43,309 nt of DNA from Neophaeotheca triangularis. Lineage: Eukaryota. The first letter of the stretch is position 1, and each line of letters begins with the position of its first letter. The position numbers and the translations under genes were made by a program. Where the stretch lies: NCBI GenBank assembly GCA_054600435.1, contig BAAIJX010000099.1, positions 1 through 43,309 of the forward strand, written 5' to 3'. The notes below the pieces were generated by a model. The model ran no database searches. It was not told the origin of the DNA and saw only the letters and a list, made by a program, of their open reading frames with translations. Positions 1-13,702 of the stretch are shown piece after piece.

Positions 1-3000
1 GAGCTTTAAGCTAAGTTACTTAGGAGCCTAAAGACCTTTTAAATACTATTATAATGTAGTAGTAGTCTAATATAATAGCGCTAGTCTAGAGATAGTCCCT
101 AAAGTACTTTACTAGTAAGAGGGACCTTATTCTAATTTAGTCTTACTAGTACTACTAAGGGCCTCTACTACTATAAAGAGACTATTAATATACTCTATTA
201 ATCGCTAAAGATCTATATAAACCCTAAGAATACTATTACTTATATATACTAGAAGTTAATCCTAAAATACTTTAGTTATCCCTAAGATTCTTTACTTTAA
301 ACTAGATTTAATTCTTTAATAACCTTAATATACCCTTTAATACTTATATAGACTTAGTATAGGACTTCCTAAAGGATTTAAAAGGCTAGGGTAAAGTTCC
401 TATTAAGTATAAACCCCTCCTATATTTTATAAGGCCTAAGTTCCTTAATATCTCTAACTCTAATCTAAAAGCACCCTTATTTAATTACTACACTAGGTAT
501 TCCTATACTTTTAAGCTATAAAGTAGCTATATAGACCCTAAAGAAGAAGACTATAACTTTAGATTTTACAAAATTACCCTTTTTAGAAATTAGGGTTATA
601 CCCTAAGGTCTAGGGCCTTTACCCTACCCTATTAAGAGACTTAAGTAAATCTAATGTTTTAATATATTTTCTAGGGTATTTAAGCCCTTAGGAATCGATT
701 CCTTACCTTAAAATATCAAAATTCCTAGTTCTACTACTAAAAAAATGGGAATTTAAATTTGCTAGTAAAACGGACTGTTTTTTACTAGTATAAGTTAGTT
801 ATACTACTAAGTAGGGTAGTAGGTTTTATCTAATACTAGGTAGGACGATTAGTATATCTCGACTATCTCGGGCTACTATCTCTAAAGAAATATCATGTAA
901 GAGTATATTGTCTAATATAGAATATATATAGCATAATACTAACTAATAGCGTAAGATAGAAATGTGTCTATTATAATATATATACAATATTTCTTAAGGA
1001 ACTTATATATAGGTACCTAATTTAGCTAATATTTAGCTATAGGTACTAAGCGTAGCTTGTATAGATTACATATAGCTTATATATTATGTAAAGGGGATTC
1101 TCTCTCTTATAATTAGAGAGGAGGTAGTAGTATTTAGTAGCGATATACTCCTAAGTCCTTATGTCTAAGTGCCTTAAAGCCTGAAATAGCTCTAAAATTA
1201 CGAGGAATAGAACCTTAGCTAGCCTTTATAGATAGGAACACTATAGTAGTACTAGACTTTAAGAGCTAGATAGCTATACTCTATAGAAAAGTCGAGTACA
1301 TGTAAATAGCCCTAATAAAGACTCTTAACTCGAAGCTAAGTAGCTATATTCTATCGTAAGACTAAATGTATACCTCTTACTCTAATAGTACTATAACTCT
1401 AAAAACTCCCTATCTATAGTAAGGATATATTAAGGCGTTTATAATAGCCTTATAGGTAGGTCATTATAGCGTACTTAGATTAGGGTAGTAATTAGATTAT
1501 TAGTATACACTTAAATTAATCCTATTAAATTATAATAGGGAGGTCCTATTAGCTATAATCTATTACACTAGTAGACTACTATGACTCGAGTTAAATGTTA
1601 GGCTAGTTAGGTAGTCTATTAGATAGGAAGTACTCCTACTATAGCTATAAGTTATCTAGGTAGGGTTACTTCTAAGTAGCCTAGGTCATAACATGATTTT
1701 AGTAGATAGGTACTATACGACCTAATCCTTACCTTTTATTATAGTTAAACACTAGAACAAGGTTAGTTTTACTATAGCTACTATATTATCTAGATACTAC
1801 CTTCCTTAAGTAGCTAGGGCTATAACATAATAGTTAGTAGTTAGATATTACATAATTCGTCCTACTACCTCTATAGTCGAACCTACTATACTTTAGCTTA
1901 GTTAAGTATAATAAAACCATAGTATCTATAGGCCTAGTAGGCAAACAATATAGCTAGGAGGTATATTAGTATAATCCTTATATACTAGGTAGGAAGCTAG
2001 TTAAATACCTAAAAGCCTATAAGCTATTATGTAAGATAGAGATATTTATTAGCCGCTATTTATAAGTCATATAGTAGTAAGGATGTCCTCTAATTATATA
2101 GCTTATAGTATACATTACATATAATGACCCTATAAAGCTTATCTTATAGATATTTAGTCTATATTATAAGTATAAGTAGGTATCTTAAACTACCTATAGA
2201 ACTAGATACTTAAGGTATAGCGAAGTAGGAGAGGATAGACACTAAGGGTACTACGGAACTGTCCTTAGTTAAGCGCCTATCGAGTTAAGACGACGTCTCT
2301 TCCCGTACTAAGAACCCCTAACCCTAACCCTAATCCTTAGGAAGTAGTCTCTAAAGGTTTCGGGTTTACTATCCTAGCTAGATAGCTTCTAGTCTCTAGG
2401 ACCTAATAGTTCGTTACTAGAGCCTATTTAGTTAGTAGTAAGGGTAGCTAGTAAACCCTATAGTAGAGCATTAATTAATAGCTCTTCCTAGAGCGCTTAG
2501 CTAGGGTCTACTAGAAAGGTCTTAGGTTCTAGGTTATATATAGTAATATAACAGATAGCCTTATTATTAGCTACTTACTAAGCTACTAGCTCGTTTTCTA
2601 GGTTCTCTTATCATTCGTATATCTAATAGAGCTCTTATATAATCTCCTTAAGTCTTATGTCATTTCCTATTAGAAATATGTTAGTATCTAATAGGTATTT
2701 ACTTAGTATGTCTATAATTTTAATTAAACTTAATGTTATAGGCGAATAACGTATATATAGGGGTTTATAGTAGTAGTATTTAACATGTTTAATACTAGAG
2801 AGAAGAGAGTTCTATATAGGAACTACTCGAAAAGTCGCGGTTCTTATAGACACTAAGCCTATATAGGTAAAGCTAGTAATAAGAGAGGACTTAGTGTTAA
2901 TATTAGAGGCCATAATAGTATATTAGTAGTGTTATTAATTAATAAGTAATAGTTATACGATGTATAAAGTATATAGAGGGAGTAGAAGTATAGTATAGAG

Positions 3001-3276
3001 GTTATAGGAGACTTCCTAATTAGGACATATAGGACTAGCTAGACCTATTAGAGAGAGGGATTACTAACTAAACTCTAACCCTATAGTATAGGAACTACTA
3101 TTAAATACACCTCCTACTACCTCTATACTACCCTACCTTTCGATTAATCCGATTAAGCGATCGATTATCTAGCTACTACTCGGATCGCTCGTCTTAGCGG
3201 TAGTCGACTACTCGGATCGATTATGGGGGCCGATTAAGACGATCGATCGAGCAAAAATCGTTCGTTGACCACCCTG
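1..3276. mobile_element. RIP-degenerated AT-rich repeat / transposon relic, truncated by the window start and possibly nested
   Basis: Very AT-rich with strong excess of TpA and depletion of CpA/TpG, the signature of repeat-induced point mutation. The ORF track lists no ORF here. Composition returns to roughly balanced GC around 3140-3280. Confidence 0.9.
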
Positions 3277-3284
3277 CTTCTAAT
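3141..3284. repeat. Putative hAT-like transposon end: subterminal CGAT repeats, terminal inverted repeat and candidate 8-bp target site
   Basis: Dense CGAT/GATCG repeats (ctactcggatcg x2; ccgattaag(a)cgatcgat x2) end in gaccaccctg at 3276, whose reverse complement CAGGGTGGTC resembles hAT TIR starts. It is followed by cttctaat, which fits the nTnnnnAn target consensus. The partner end is not confirmed. Confidence 0.45.
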
Positions 3285-3816
3285 TTGGCCGCTCTCATGA
3301 CACTAGGACGCCCGAACAGTACACACTCTAATGGTCGCTATCCCCCGTATCACTATTATAGTAAGGATGGCATTCGTAGAGCGCCCGCGGAGATGGCTAG
3401 GAACATGTATCCTACCGGTTTGAAGCGCGTGGGCACGACGGCGAAAGAATTCATCGGTTCACTCTTGTTAACGTTGAGAAGGGGAGTGTGCCGTGGGAGG
3501 AGTTCACGCGGTATACGGTTGTGGGCTGCGAGGCTGCGTCAGATAAGTGGTTGGAGGGTGAGAGGCACGGGCTGGGAGGCAGGAGACGGTTGCCGATTGG
3601 CCGGGAAGGGAGATTTGGGAGGATGTTTCGTGGACTGGAGAGGACTCGTAAGAGTTAAGAGATCAACGCATGGCCACAATGCTTTCTGCGGCCTCATGAG
3701 TCTCTGCCGGCAACCGTCTACACTCTAATTAGCATCGAGTGAGTCTTCTGAGTAGTAGGTAGTAGAGTCCACTACAGATCTGATAACCAGCGACGAGCAG
3801 TAAGTAAAAGTGCCAC

Positions 3817-6168
<2,352 letters not shown>

Positions 6169-6757
6169 ACTACTGGCCTATGTGGGCTCGAAGGCCTCTT
6201 GTGCTGCACTGCGCACTCCCTTCCAAGTATGTATGTCCCTTGCGTACTCGGCTGCTCCGTGCGTTGTCTCTGCTGTCGCCGATGCGCTGGTTCGTAGGAG
6301 GTTAAAGGCGTGGGTGTCGCGTCTTGGGCCAAATTCGGACTCTGATATTCAATCAACGCTCGCTTCAAATGGCCTCTTCCTCGTTCACGTGTCCGATATT
6401 GGACCTCCCGGTATTGAAAGTCAATTGAGAACACATGTTAGCTTCAGGGATGAGGTTCAAGCCACACGACGTGCATAGATGCATGCATGGCAAGCCGGCG
6501 CCGGCTTCTCGGCCAAGCTGGTGGCGCTGGCAGCAACGTGGCGTCGGACGTCGCGGTGGCGCCGACGACATGTAATCGGAGCAACATGACACAGAACCTC
6601 AAGGTACCACCCTTATATTTAAGCTGCCTACATAGTACACGAAACTTGATCATTTTGTATAGGGCGTGACAGTATATGCGAGTAACAACATCTACGCCAA
6701 CTATCAATCAACCACCACCTCCCTCCCAACCACCCCCTTCCACCCTCATCCGCCACC

Positions 6758-7215
6758 ATGCCTACCCCTATCGACCGAGCGATGAAATCAAACGTATGCC
6801 AACCTGATCAATGAGAAGCCGCTCCAACTACCCAAGCCCTCAAGACTCTTCTTACCGAGCGACCTTGCAAACTAGCAATATGGCATCTCTCATTGACAAC
6901 TTCAACCAGAACCTCTTCCTCGGTTTCGCGGGCTTGGTAACCGCAGTTGCAGTCTACTCCATCTGGGGCCAAGATTCCATGTTCCCAGCAGAAACAGAAC
7001 CGAAAACACAACCAGAGGAATGGACGCGGGAGCAGTTGGGAAGGTGGTTGAAAAGTGTGAGTTTTCCCATTAGCGTTCGGGTTTTGCGACTGAAGTGATG
7101 AAGGCTGATTGTTTTCGTCCAGAGGAAACTTGAAGTCACTCCTAAGGAGAGTCGTGAGAACTTGCTCGTGAGAGTGCAGGATATCAAGAACAGGATGGTC
7201 AAGCCGGCGGCTTGA
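6758..7215 (+). CDS. Small single-TM protein of unknown function (~91 aa); exons 6758-6793, 6910-7056, 7123-7215
   Basis: gccaccATG context. Spliced product MPTPIDRAMKSN|NLFLGFAGLVTAVAVYSIWGQDSMFPAETEPKTQPEEWTREQLGRWLKS|RKLEVTPKESRENLLVRVQDIKNRMVKPAA. Canonical introns. It resembles a small Pezizomycotina family that I recall being labelled 'STE24 endopeptidase', but it has no HExxH motif and is too short for that enzyme. Confidence 0.85.
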
Positions 7216-7372
7216 GGATTTCACTACGCGCGCTGCTGGGAAACTCCACTTTCATGGAGTTCTATGTAATTTTCTGAGATGGGTTCGGATGGTTTCCTGC
7301 TTATTATACCCTAGGAGTATCGAAAAGCATGCATTTACAGCCCTCTTTGCTTTTTTACCTTTTACCCTTCCT

Positions 7373-7712
7373 CCCGGGCCATCTAAGCGAGTCGAGTACA
7401 GCGCAGCTTAACTTTCCAGGGGTCCACTAGGGCCGCCGTCGAGAAAGTCAGACCCGGAGAGACCACTAAGATCAGGAGGCTCATCGTGCCCAGAGCCTTT
7501 GCTTGCTGAGCACGAATAGACATCGCATGGCCACCCCGGGCGGCATTAACGGCTGAAAAGGGCTCTGCTTCGATCTCCGAGGGGCCACTGGTGGGCTGTC
7601 TTGGTAGCTATGAATTGCCGGACTTGACCCTCTAGTGGCCATTCCATACTTCTACTAGAAACATTTAGTCTATAGGGAGTGTCCCTAAGACAACGGCTTA
7701 GACTCGCCCGGG
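7373..7712. ncRNA. Candidate structured non-coding RNA, family unassigned
   Basis: ORF-free GC-richer island between convergent genes. Nested complementary segments: 7373-7379/7706-7712, 7382-7388/7696-7702, 7424-7430/7632-7638, 7445-7449/7621-7625, 7455-7460/7574-7579, 7491-7500/7558-7567, plus a hairpin at 7668-7691. Confidence 0.45.
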
Positions 7713-7880
7713 GCTATTGATTGTTCCATTTTGTTATACTGTCCCTGTCGTAAATCTCTATAACTAAACCTATAGACGCATTGCAGTTCCATTTGGGCGC
7801 CATTATTGTCCAAAATGCCAATCTCGACCCCTCCACTACAAAAACCTTATCCTCGACCCTTCGCCAACCACTCTCACCCC

Positions 7881-10664
7881 TCAGCCTCCTCCAGCACCAA
7901 TCTCAGACGCCGAGGTGTCAATCTCTCCATCCTCATAATCACCATTCTCCTCTAGCTCCAACCGCCTCAACTCGTCAATAGCTTTATCGTGCCCCCGGAT
8001 GCGCTCCACCAACTCCTCTTCCTTCTTCTTACTCTCCTCAGCCTCCCGCTGCAGCAACTCCAACTGCGCTTCCAATTCCGCATCGCGCTTATGGCGCTTA
8101 GCCTCCTCCTCTTGAAGGATCTTCTGCTTACGAGCATCCTCCTCGGCGAGGTCGGCTAGGCGGATCACTCGCTCCGCTTGCTCTTGTTGCAGCTGTGCGA
8201 GTCTGGCAGCGATGGGGTTGGCGACTTTGCGGCGTTTTGAGGGGCTGAAGATGGATGGGGATGGGGTGGCTGGACGCTTGAGATTGGGCTGGGCGGTGTT
8301 GCTGCTGTTGCCCTCCTGCGTCACAGGATTGTAGGATAGCCGCGGCTTGTTTGGAGTGAATTTTGGAGCAAGTGGGCCTATCATGGGAGGCGCTGTGGGT
8401 TCTCTGTTGCCAGCATTTGTATTTTGATCGTAGTGGCCGTAGATGGGGTTCGAGGCGAATCGCTGAGTTTGAGGTGTGGTTGGCGCTGTAGCGGCGTAAC
8501 CATCGTCCTCAGACGCACGATGTCGCGTAGTCGTCGGGCTAGATGCTTGTTTGCTGTTGCTCTTGGAATTGATCCCTTTCTGGCTAGACGTAGTGCCGCT
8601 GTGAGTGGGAGTTCGAGAATTACCGCCGGATGCACGGCCGGGTGGCTTTGCGGTAAGATTGTGCATCTCCTCGGCGTAACCTTTGTTGCGACCGGGGTCG
8701 TTGTAGACCGGTTTACGAGAATTGAACGTCTTGGTGGGGTGCTCCATCTTGCTGTCGGCGTCTAGTGGTTGCTGAGTAGCAGGCGTGGGAGAGCCGTAAT
8801 CCAATGGAGCTTGACGCTCATACGGGCTACCCCCAAAATCCCAATCGTAGTTTTGCGGTCGTTGAGACTGGTCCGATTCGTCCGGCCGATAGTTATCGTA
8901 AGCTTTCATGCCTTGATTCGCTTGACCGTTGATCGGGTCCTTTCTGGAGAGAGTTTCAGAAGCATTCCGCGCAAACGCATCGGAGATGCCGGCTTGCAAA
9001 TCCAAGGTGTCTTGGTCGGCTGGCTCTGGTTGGTTCTGCGTGTCTTTGATGAAGGTCTGAGTCCCGGGCCCATTGGGAGGCTGTTCGTCCTGCGGCTCAC
9101 CGGGTACCTGTGCGTCTTGCGGTCCGTCGGATACTTGCATATCCGGAAAGATATCCGGAAACGTGTCTTCGTTTCCGAAGTCAAACAAGCTGGGATCAAA
9201 GGAAAGATCGTCGAATGTAGTCTGATCCAACTTGTCCATTTGGTGTGAAACGATGGTGGGATGGTTGTTCAGCTCCTCGCCTAGAAATCCATCATCTCCC
9301 TCCCCCTGATCAGTCCTGGCGGACTCTTTTGAATCTCTGGGAGTCTGTTTCCCTGCGACAGTAGCCCCAGTGTCGTTACTGGCGATGGTGACAGACTCGC
9401 CTAACGAAGACTCCAGCCCGGTGTGGGTATCCCCAGCGTGATGATTCAGGATGCTGGGGGACTCGCTGAAAAGGGATTCCAGTCCAGGGTCAGTAGCGGT
9501 GGCGTCATTGTCCGTAATGACAGCAGACTCGACAAAGAGGGACTCCAGCCCGGAGTCAGTAGCGCCCAAATCGTTATCGCCAATGGTGGTAGACTCGCCG
9601 AAAAGTGACTTCAGCCCAGAGCCAGACGGGAACTGCTCGTGCTCAGTTGCTTGAAGTCCGGCGGCCGAGGACATGGCTAATCCAGATCCTGAAGCAACGT
9701 TCGTGGCTACGGCAGGTTGGATCAAAGGACTCTGGCGGGGAGGGTCTGCTTTGGAGATGATCGAAATTTGGGGGTCCGGCTTCTTTGGTAAATTCAAGGG
9801 GAGCCCGATCTTGGACTTTCTTCCACCTACTGGCGCCGGCTCGGGTATTGCTTCGATGGCGGCCTCTTCATTAACAAAGTTTGAAACTTCCTGGGTGACA
9901 GTATCCTGGATTGGGATCTCGATGGGTTCGCCGCTGATTGGGACACATCCCGCTGCCATAATTGCGTCTCTGCTTCTGTAGTAGAAGATGAACTTGACAC
10001 GAGGCTCGACACCAAAGCGTTCTTGCGCAACATGGCGTAGGTGCTTCGACTGCTTGTCTTGAGGGAGCTCTGATGAATGCGGTTCAATGGCAATGTCGAA
10101 TTCGGGTGCAACGCCGGCTTCGTGGACCTTGGTCAAGTCTCTTCCTATCCAGGATCCACTCTTGCTGTCTGGATAGTGTGGTTGATACCTATCTTTTGAA
10201 TTCTTTCCCAGCGACACGATGACCGCTATGGACCCAACTCCGAGCTGGTTGCCAGTGCCTTGTGGATTGTATTCCATTTCCGGAAGAGCTTGGACGATCA
10301 TGCTGCCTTCCACCACTTTGTTGGACCCGTCATCCCGGTCGATGGTGTCAAAGACGTCGACGAATGGTATGGCTTTTTTGCTAAAGCCTCCGAGCCCTTC
10401 TTTCTTCGAGTCCCCAAGAACGCGGTCGCAAACGAAAGAGCCGTCGATGAGTAAATCAAAACGACTGCATTTTGCCGAACCGGAAAATTGCCCATCAACC
10501 GTGATCCTGTCACCTTCTTCGACATAGACGAAGCATGTGACTGTATCGGGGAACGGAGCTGTCTTGTCCTAGTGTGCCGGCATGACGCATTGTCGTGCTG
10601 GCCTGCCATTGGTCCACACCGCAAATTCGGCCTCCCAAGTACCGTCGCGCTGCTTGACTCTCAT
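7881..10664 (-). pseudogene. Large orphan gene (927 codons) interrupted by an in-frame TAG at codon 32; N-terminal beta-rich domain, long disordered middle, C-terminal coiled coil
   Basis: ATG at 10664 in cccgccatcATG context reads MRVKQRDGTWEAEFAVWTNGRPARQCVMPAH*DKTAPFPDTVTCFVYVEEGD... and is in frame with the 811-aa ORF ending at 7881. The stop is at 10571-10569. An NLS-like PSKRRK and an E/K/R-rich helix lie near the C-terminus. Confidence 0.6.
9360..9622 (-). repeat. Four degenerate 66-bp (22-aa) coding tandem repeats, consensus ~SGLESLFxESxxIxxNDxxATD
   Basis: Visible in the ORF translation: SGLKSLFGES.., SGLESLFVES.., PGLESLFSES.., TGLESSLGES.. Confidence 0.85.
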
Positions 10665-12508
10665 GATGGCGGGAGCTCGAACGGATGTCGAACGGAGAGG
10701 TGCGTTTTCGGACCAAACTTGTGGGGAAGGTTTGGCAACACGTATGCTCGAAGGGAAGGATTCAAGTCAATGGCTTGCGAGTGTCTGGTAGGCTCTTGTG
10801 AGCTGGTATTAACCTTGAAATGGTTGGACAAACTCGCGACCGAAGGTTCCGGGCAGCTTGAGTTGTCGTAGCAGTGTTGTGGGTCTGTGGAATGGTCTTC
10901 AGTGTTATCCTTGAGCTTCCCGGCGAGGCCAAGGCGTCGCGTAGTGAACAGCGAATGTGCAGTAGCTCTTGTTGGCCCCAAGAAGAGCTGGGCCGTAGCA
11001 CGTGTGTTCGCGTCACAGGAAGTGGGCGCGGGACCAGAATCAGGGTCAGGAGTTAGTAAACGTAGAGCCTTGCAAAGGTGTGGACGTGCCCTCTCTCAAG
11101 TTAACGTATGTCAACGCTTTCGGACGAGTGGTTGGCCGCAGGCTAGGTCCGGACTCTTTTCCAGTCCGATGTTGTATCGACAAGATGTGTTGTTGTGCTG
11201 AAGTTGAAGACAGCCACTCGGGTCGAAGCTTTTAGCGCACGGAAGCGACCCAAAGGTGTGAATGAGTGTTCTCTTAGCACCTGGTTGACCTGCTCGCTTC
11301 GAAAGCACCAGATAAGTATGGCCCGACGGCAGTCTATCGACGGGTGAAGGTTTCCCTGTCAGATTAGTGTGGCCGCTTTGGTATTGTTATTCGATATTGC
11401 TGAGATCATGTCGCTTTGGTGTTGCCGAGTTGGACGCAAGTTCTTTGATTGGCTTTTCGAGGGCTCTTGTTAGGTAAAGCGTGCAGGAGACCGGAGAGCA
11501 AGCTCACATGCCTGGCTCAAGACCTAGCGCGTGGAAACTTCACAGAGCTACCGACGTGGCCTTTCACAAGTCGATTCCGCGGCTGACATGTGAATGCGTA
11601 ATGGCAATCTGCGAGTAGATGTTGCCAGGCGGAGAAGGCAGAGAATCAGAAACACCTCTTTTGTGGTGTCGATGCGGCAAGGACGCTTGGTTCTAGAGTA
11701 TACTATAAGCGATTCGGAAGTGAAAATACTTTCAGGTGAGCGATAAAGCATTTTTCTTTGGTATGCACATGTATTGAAGCAAAGAAACGAGAGAATGGCC
11801 TGACCTTTTAATGAAACCAACCTTGAGGGTTGTCCAGTGAATTATTAATTCTTAGTGGCTATGTATTAGCCACGGCCAGTCCAGTACAGACTACTGGCGG
11901 ACTTTTGAACAATTGACGTTCGCAGCCCCAACAAGGCCCATCGCTCGCTGCAGCGTGGTAGCCGTGGCTGTTGGCATTAATCAAAAGTAGCCGCATCGAT
12001 ATTCAGCATGGAAACCACAGGATCGAGCAATCACCACCACGATGTAAACTACTTCCAGATTCTGAGAAACAGCGATCTCAAACTTCACGCCCCATCACAG
12101 AACAGCCCCGGGTCACCTCTCAAGCGGCTCAGTTCTGGCCGCTGCACTCTGAAGCTGTTGCATGGGGGAGATGAGGCGCGAAAAAGAAAAGAGACACAGG
12201 TCTGATCGCAGGATTCATCCTGCCGAGTGAAGTACACTGTAGTCTGGATGTGGCCAATTAGCATCTTGGAAGTGCTTTCCGGCTCATGGGAGAACGCCCG
12301 GCCGCGTCCCCCGTCAGGAAGAATTACCTATTGGAGCGCGCCTTGTGAGGACTGAGAAGAAACTTATGCCGCTACGGCCGAGTAAGACGTAGCCGAAACA
12401 CAAACTCGAAAACGCTTCTCGAAGGCCATTCAAGCGGGAAAGAAACCCTCCGGGGGTATCGAGAACACCAGTAACGCCGCATTAGTGTCGTTTTGGCGCC
12501 CGTCTCGC

Positions 12509-12994
12509 TCAAACCACAAAGCGGAAGTTCTGAGTCTGGATGAGCCAAGACTTCTTGTTGGTGGTGGCGGCTTCTCTGTTTGGGACCAGCACGAAGGAGT
12601 CGCTGAACCCGCGAAGCGGACCCTCCTTCCTTTCGATAAGCCTCACGGAGCCCGAGACCTGAACTATAAGAGACATGTTCATCTCTGCGTCCTTCTTGCT
12701 GCCGCCTTGGAGGGGCTCCAAAGCCGGGTTCAAAACGTGAGCGTTCACGGACTCGGCCTCGAAAAAGCAGTATGGCATCTGCTTCTCGAAGCGCATCTGG
12801 ATCTCGGCAGGATCCGTGATCACTTCACCGTTGTAGGAAACGTGAGGAAGCGGGCGAGGGACGGTAGTGGGAGCGAGGTAGAATCGCGTGAGGGTATCCT
12901 TAGCACCATTTAGCGCCGAGTAGTACTCTTCCGCGAAGTTGTCAGCGGTCTCGGTTGAAACTCTGGTGAGATCAGTCTCCGTTAGGGTGGCCAT
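12509..12994 (-). CDS. NXT1: NTF2-like nuclear export factor (NXT1/p15-like), 161 aa
   Basis: ADNFAEEYYSALN..LTRFY..SYNGE..VQVSGSVR..GFSDSFVLVPN..WLIQTQNFRFVV is the NTF2-fold pattern with an NXT1-like C-terminus. Start placed at MATLTE (ATG 12994). Confidence 0.8.
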   Translation of the reverse strand: MATLTETDLTRVSTETADNFAEEYYSALNGAKDTLTRFYLAPTTVPRPLPHVSYNGEVITDPAEIQMRFEKQMPYCFFEAESVNAHVLNPALEPLQGGSKKDAEMNMSLIVQVSGSVRLIERKEGPLRGFSDSFVLVPNREAATTNKKSWLIQTQNFRFVV

Positions 12995-13254
12995 TCTGAT
13001 GGAGTGTATATAGTCTGATGTCGAAAGGCGGTAAGAGTGAAGGGAACGACGTGAGGTTGAAGAGATCGCAAGAGGCGCAAAGCGGGGACCATGCGACGCC
13101 AAGATTTACAGTCCGACGCTAGCGGCGGATCTTGCCGCCTCCCACATCGAAATGCAAAACGACGAGCACGACAGTAACGTTACCTACGCTTCGAGTGACC
13201 CAGTCCGGCAATACCTAACGACATCTCCCTCCTCACTCGACAAGTACCGCCAAG

Positions 13255-13702
13255 ATGCCTTCCGAAGTCACCGACATCAAGAGCTTCATCGAGATCTGCC
13301 GCAGAAAGGATGCCTCTTGTACGTTTCGCGATATTTCTTAGGGACAAGAGCTTGGGAAGCGGGTGGTTGGAGTTGCGTGGAGCGGTTACGCTGGAAGAGA
13401 AGACACAGGATGTGGAGAGCAAGATTGCTAACTTTTGTTGAAGCCGCACGCATAAAGAAGAACCGCACCACCGGCCAGATCAAGTTCAAGGTCCGATGCC
13501 ACCGCTACCTCTACACCTTGGTCCTCAAGGACTCCGAGAAGGCCGAGAAGCTCAAGCAGAGCCTGCCCCCAGGTATGCTACATTTTGGAACACGCAGGGG
13601 TTGTAAGGGATGAGGAAGCTAACACTGTGACCAGGACTCACGATCTCCGAGGTACCAAAGAAAAACGCGAGGGGCAAGAGGGTTGCTAAAACCTCCTCGT
13701 AA
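13255..13702 (+). CDS. RPL38: 60S ribosomal protein eL38; exons 13255-13318, 13444-13572, 13635-13702
   Basis: [74 protein letters not shown]. Both introns are canonical with gctaac branch sites. Confidence 0.97.

Noticed and set aside
2316..2333. (CCCTAA)3 telomere-like repeat
   Set aside because: Only three units inside RIP-mutated DNA; easily produced by G>A changes in a CCCTGA-type repeat. Not a telomere.
7338..7357. ACAGCCCTCTTTGCTTTTTT resembles the fungal U2 snRNA 5' end
   Set aside because: The invariant GATCAAGTGTAGTATCTG branch-recognition region does not follow.
7612..7674. Group I intron-like words (AATTGCCGGA; reverse-strand AGACTAAATG)
   Set aside because: They are on opposite strands and no Q/S elements or host gene are evident.
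10665..12480. Short ORFs in the gap between the orphan gene and NXT1
   Set aside because: No recognisable motif or consistent splice model; an old relic cannot be excluded.
13319..13443. Longer RPL38 intron as a snoRNA host
   Set aside because: No C/D boxes or H/ACA architecture visible.
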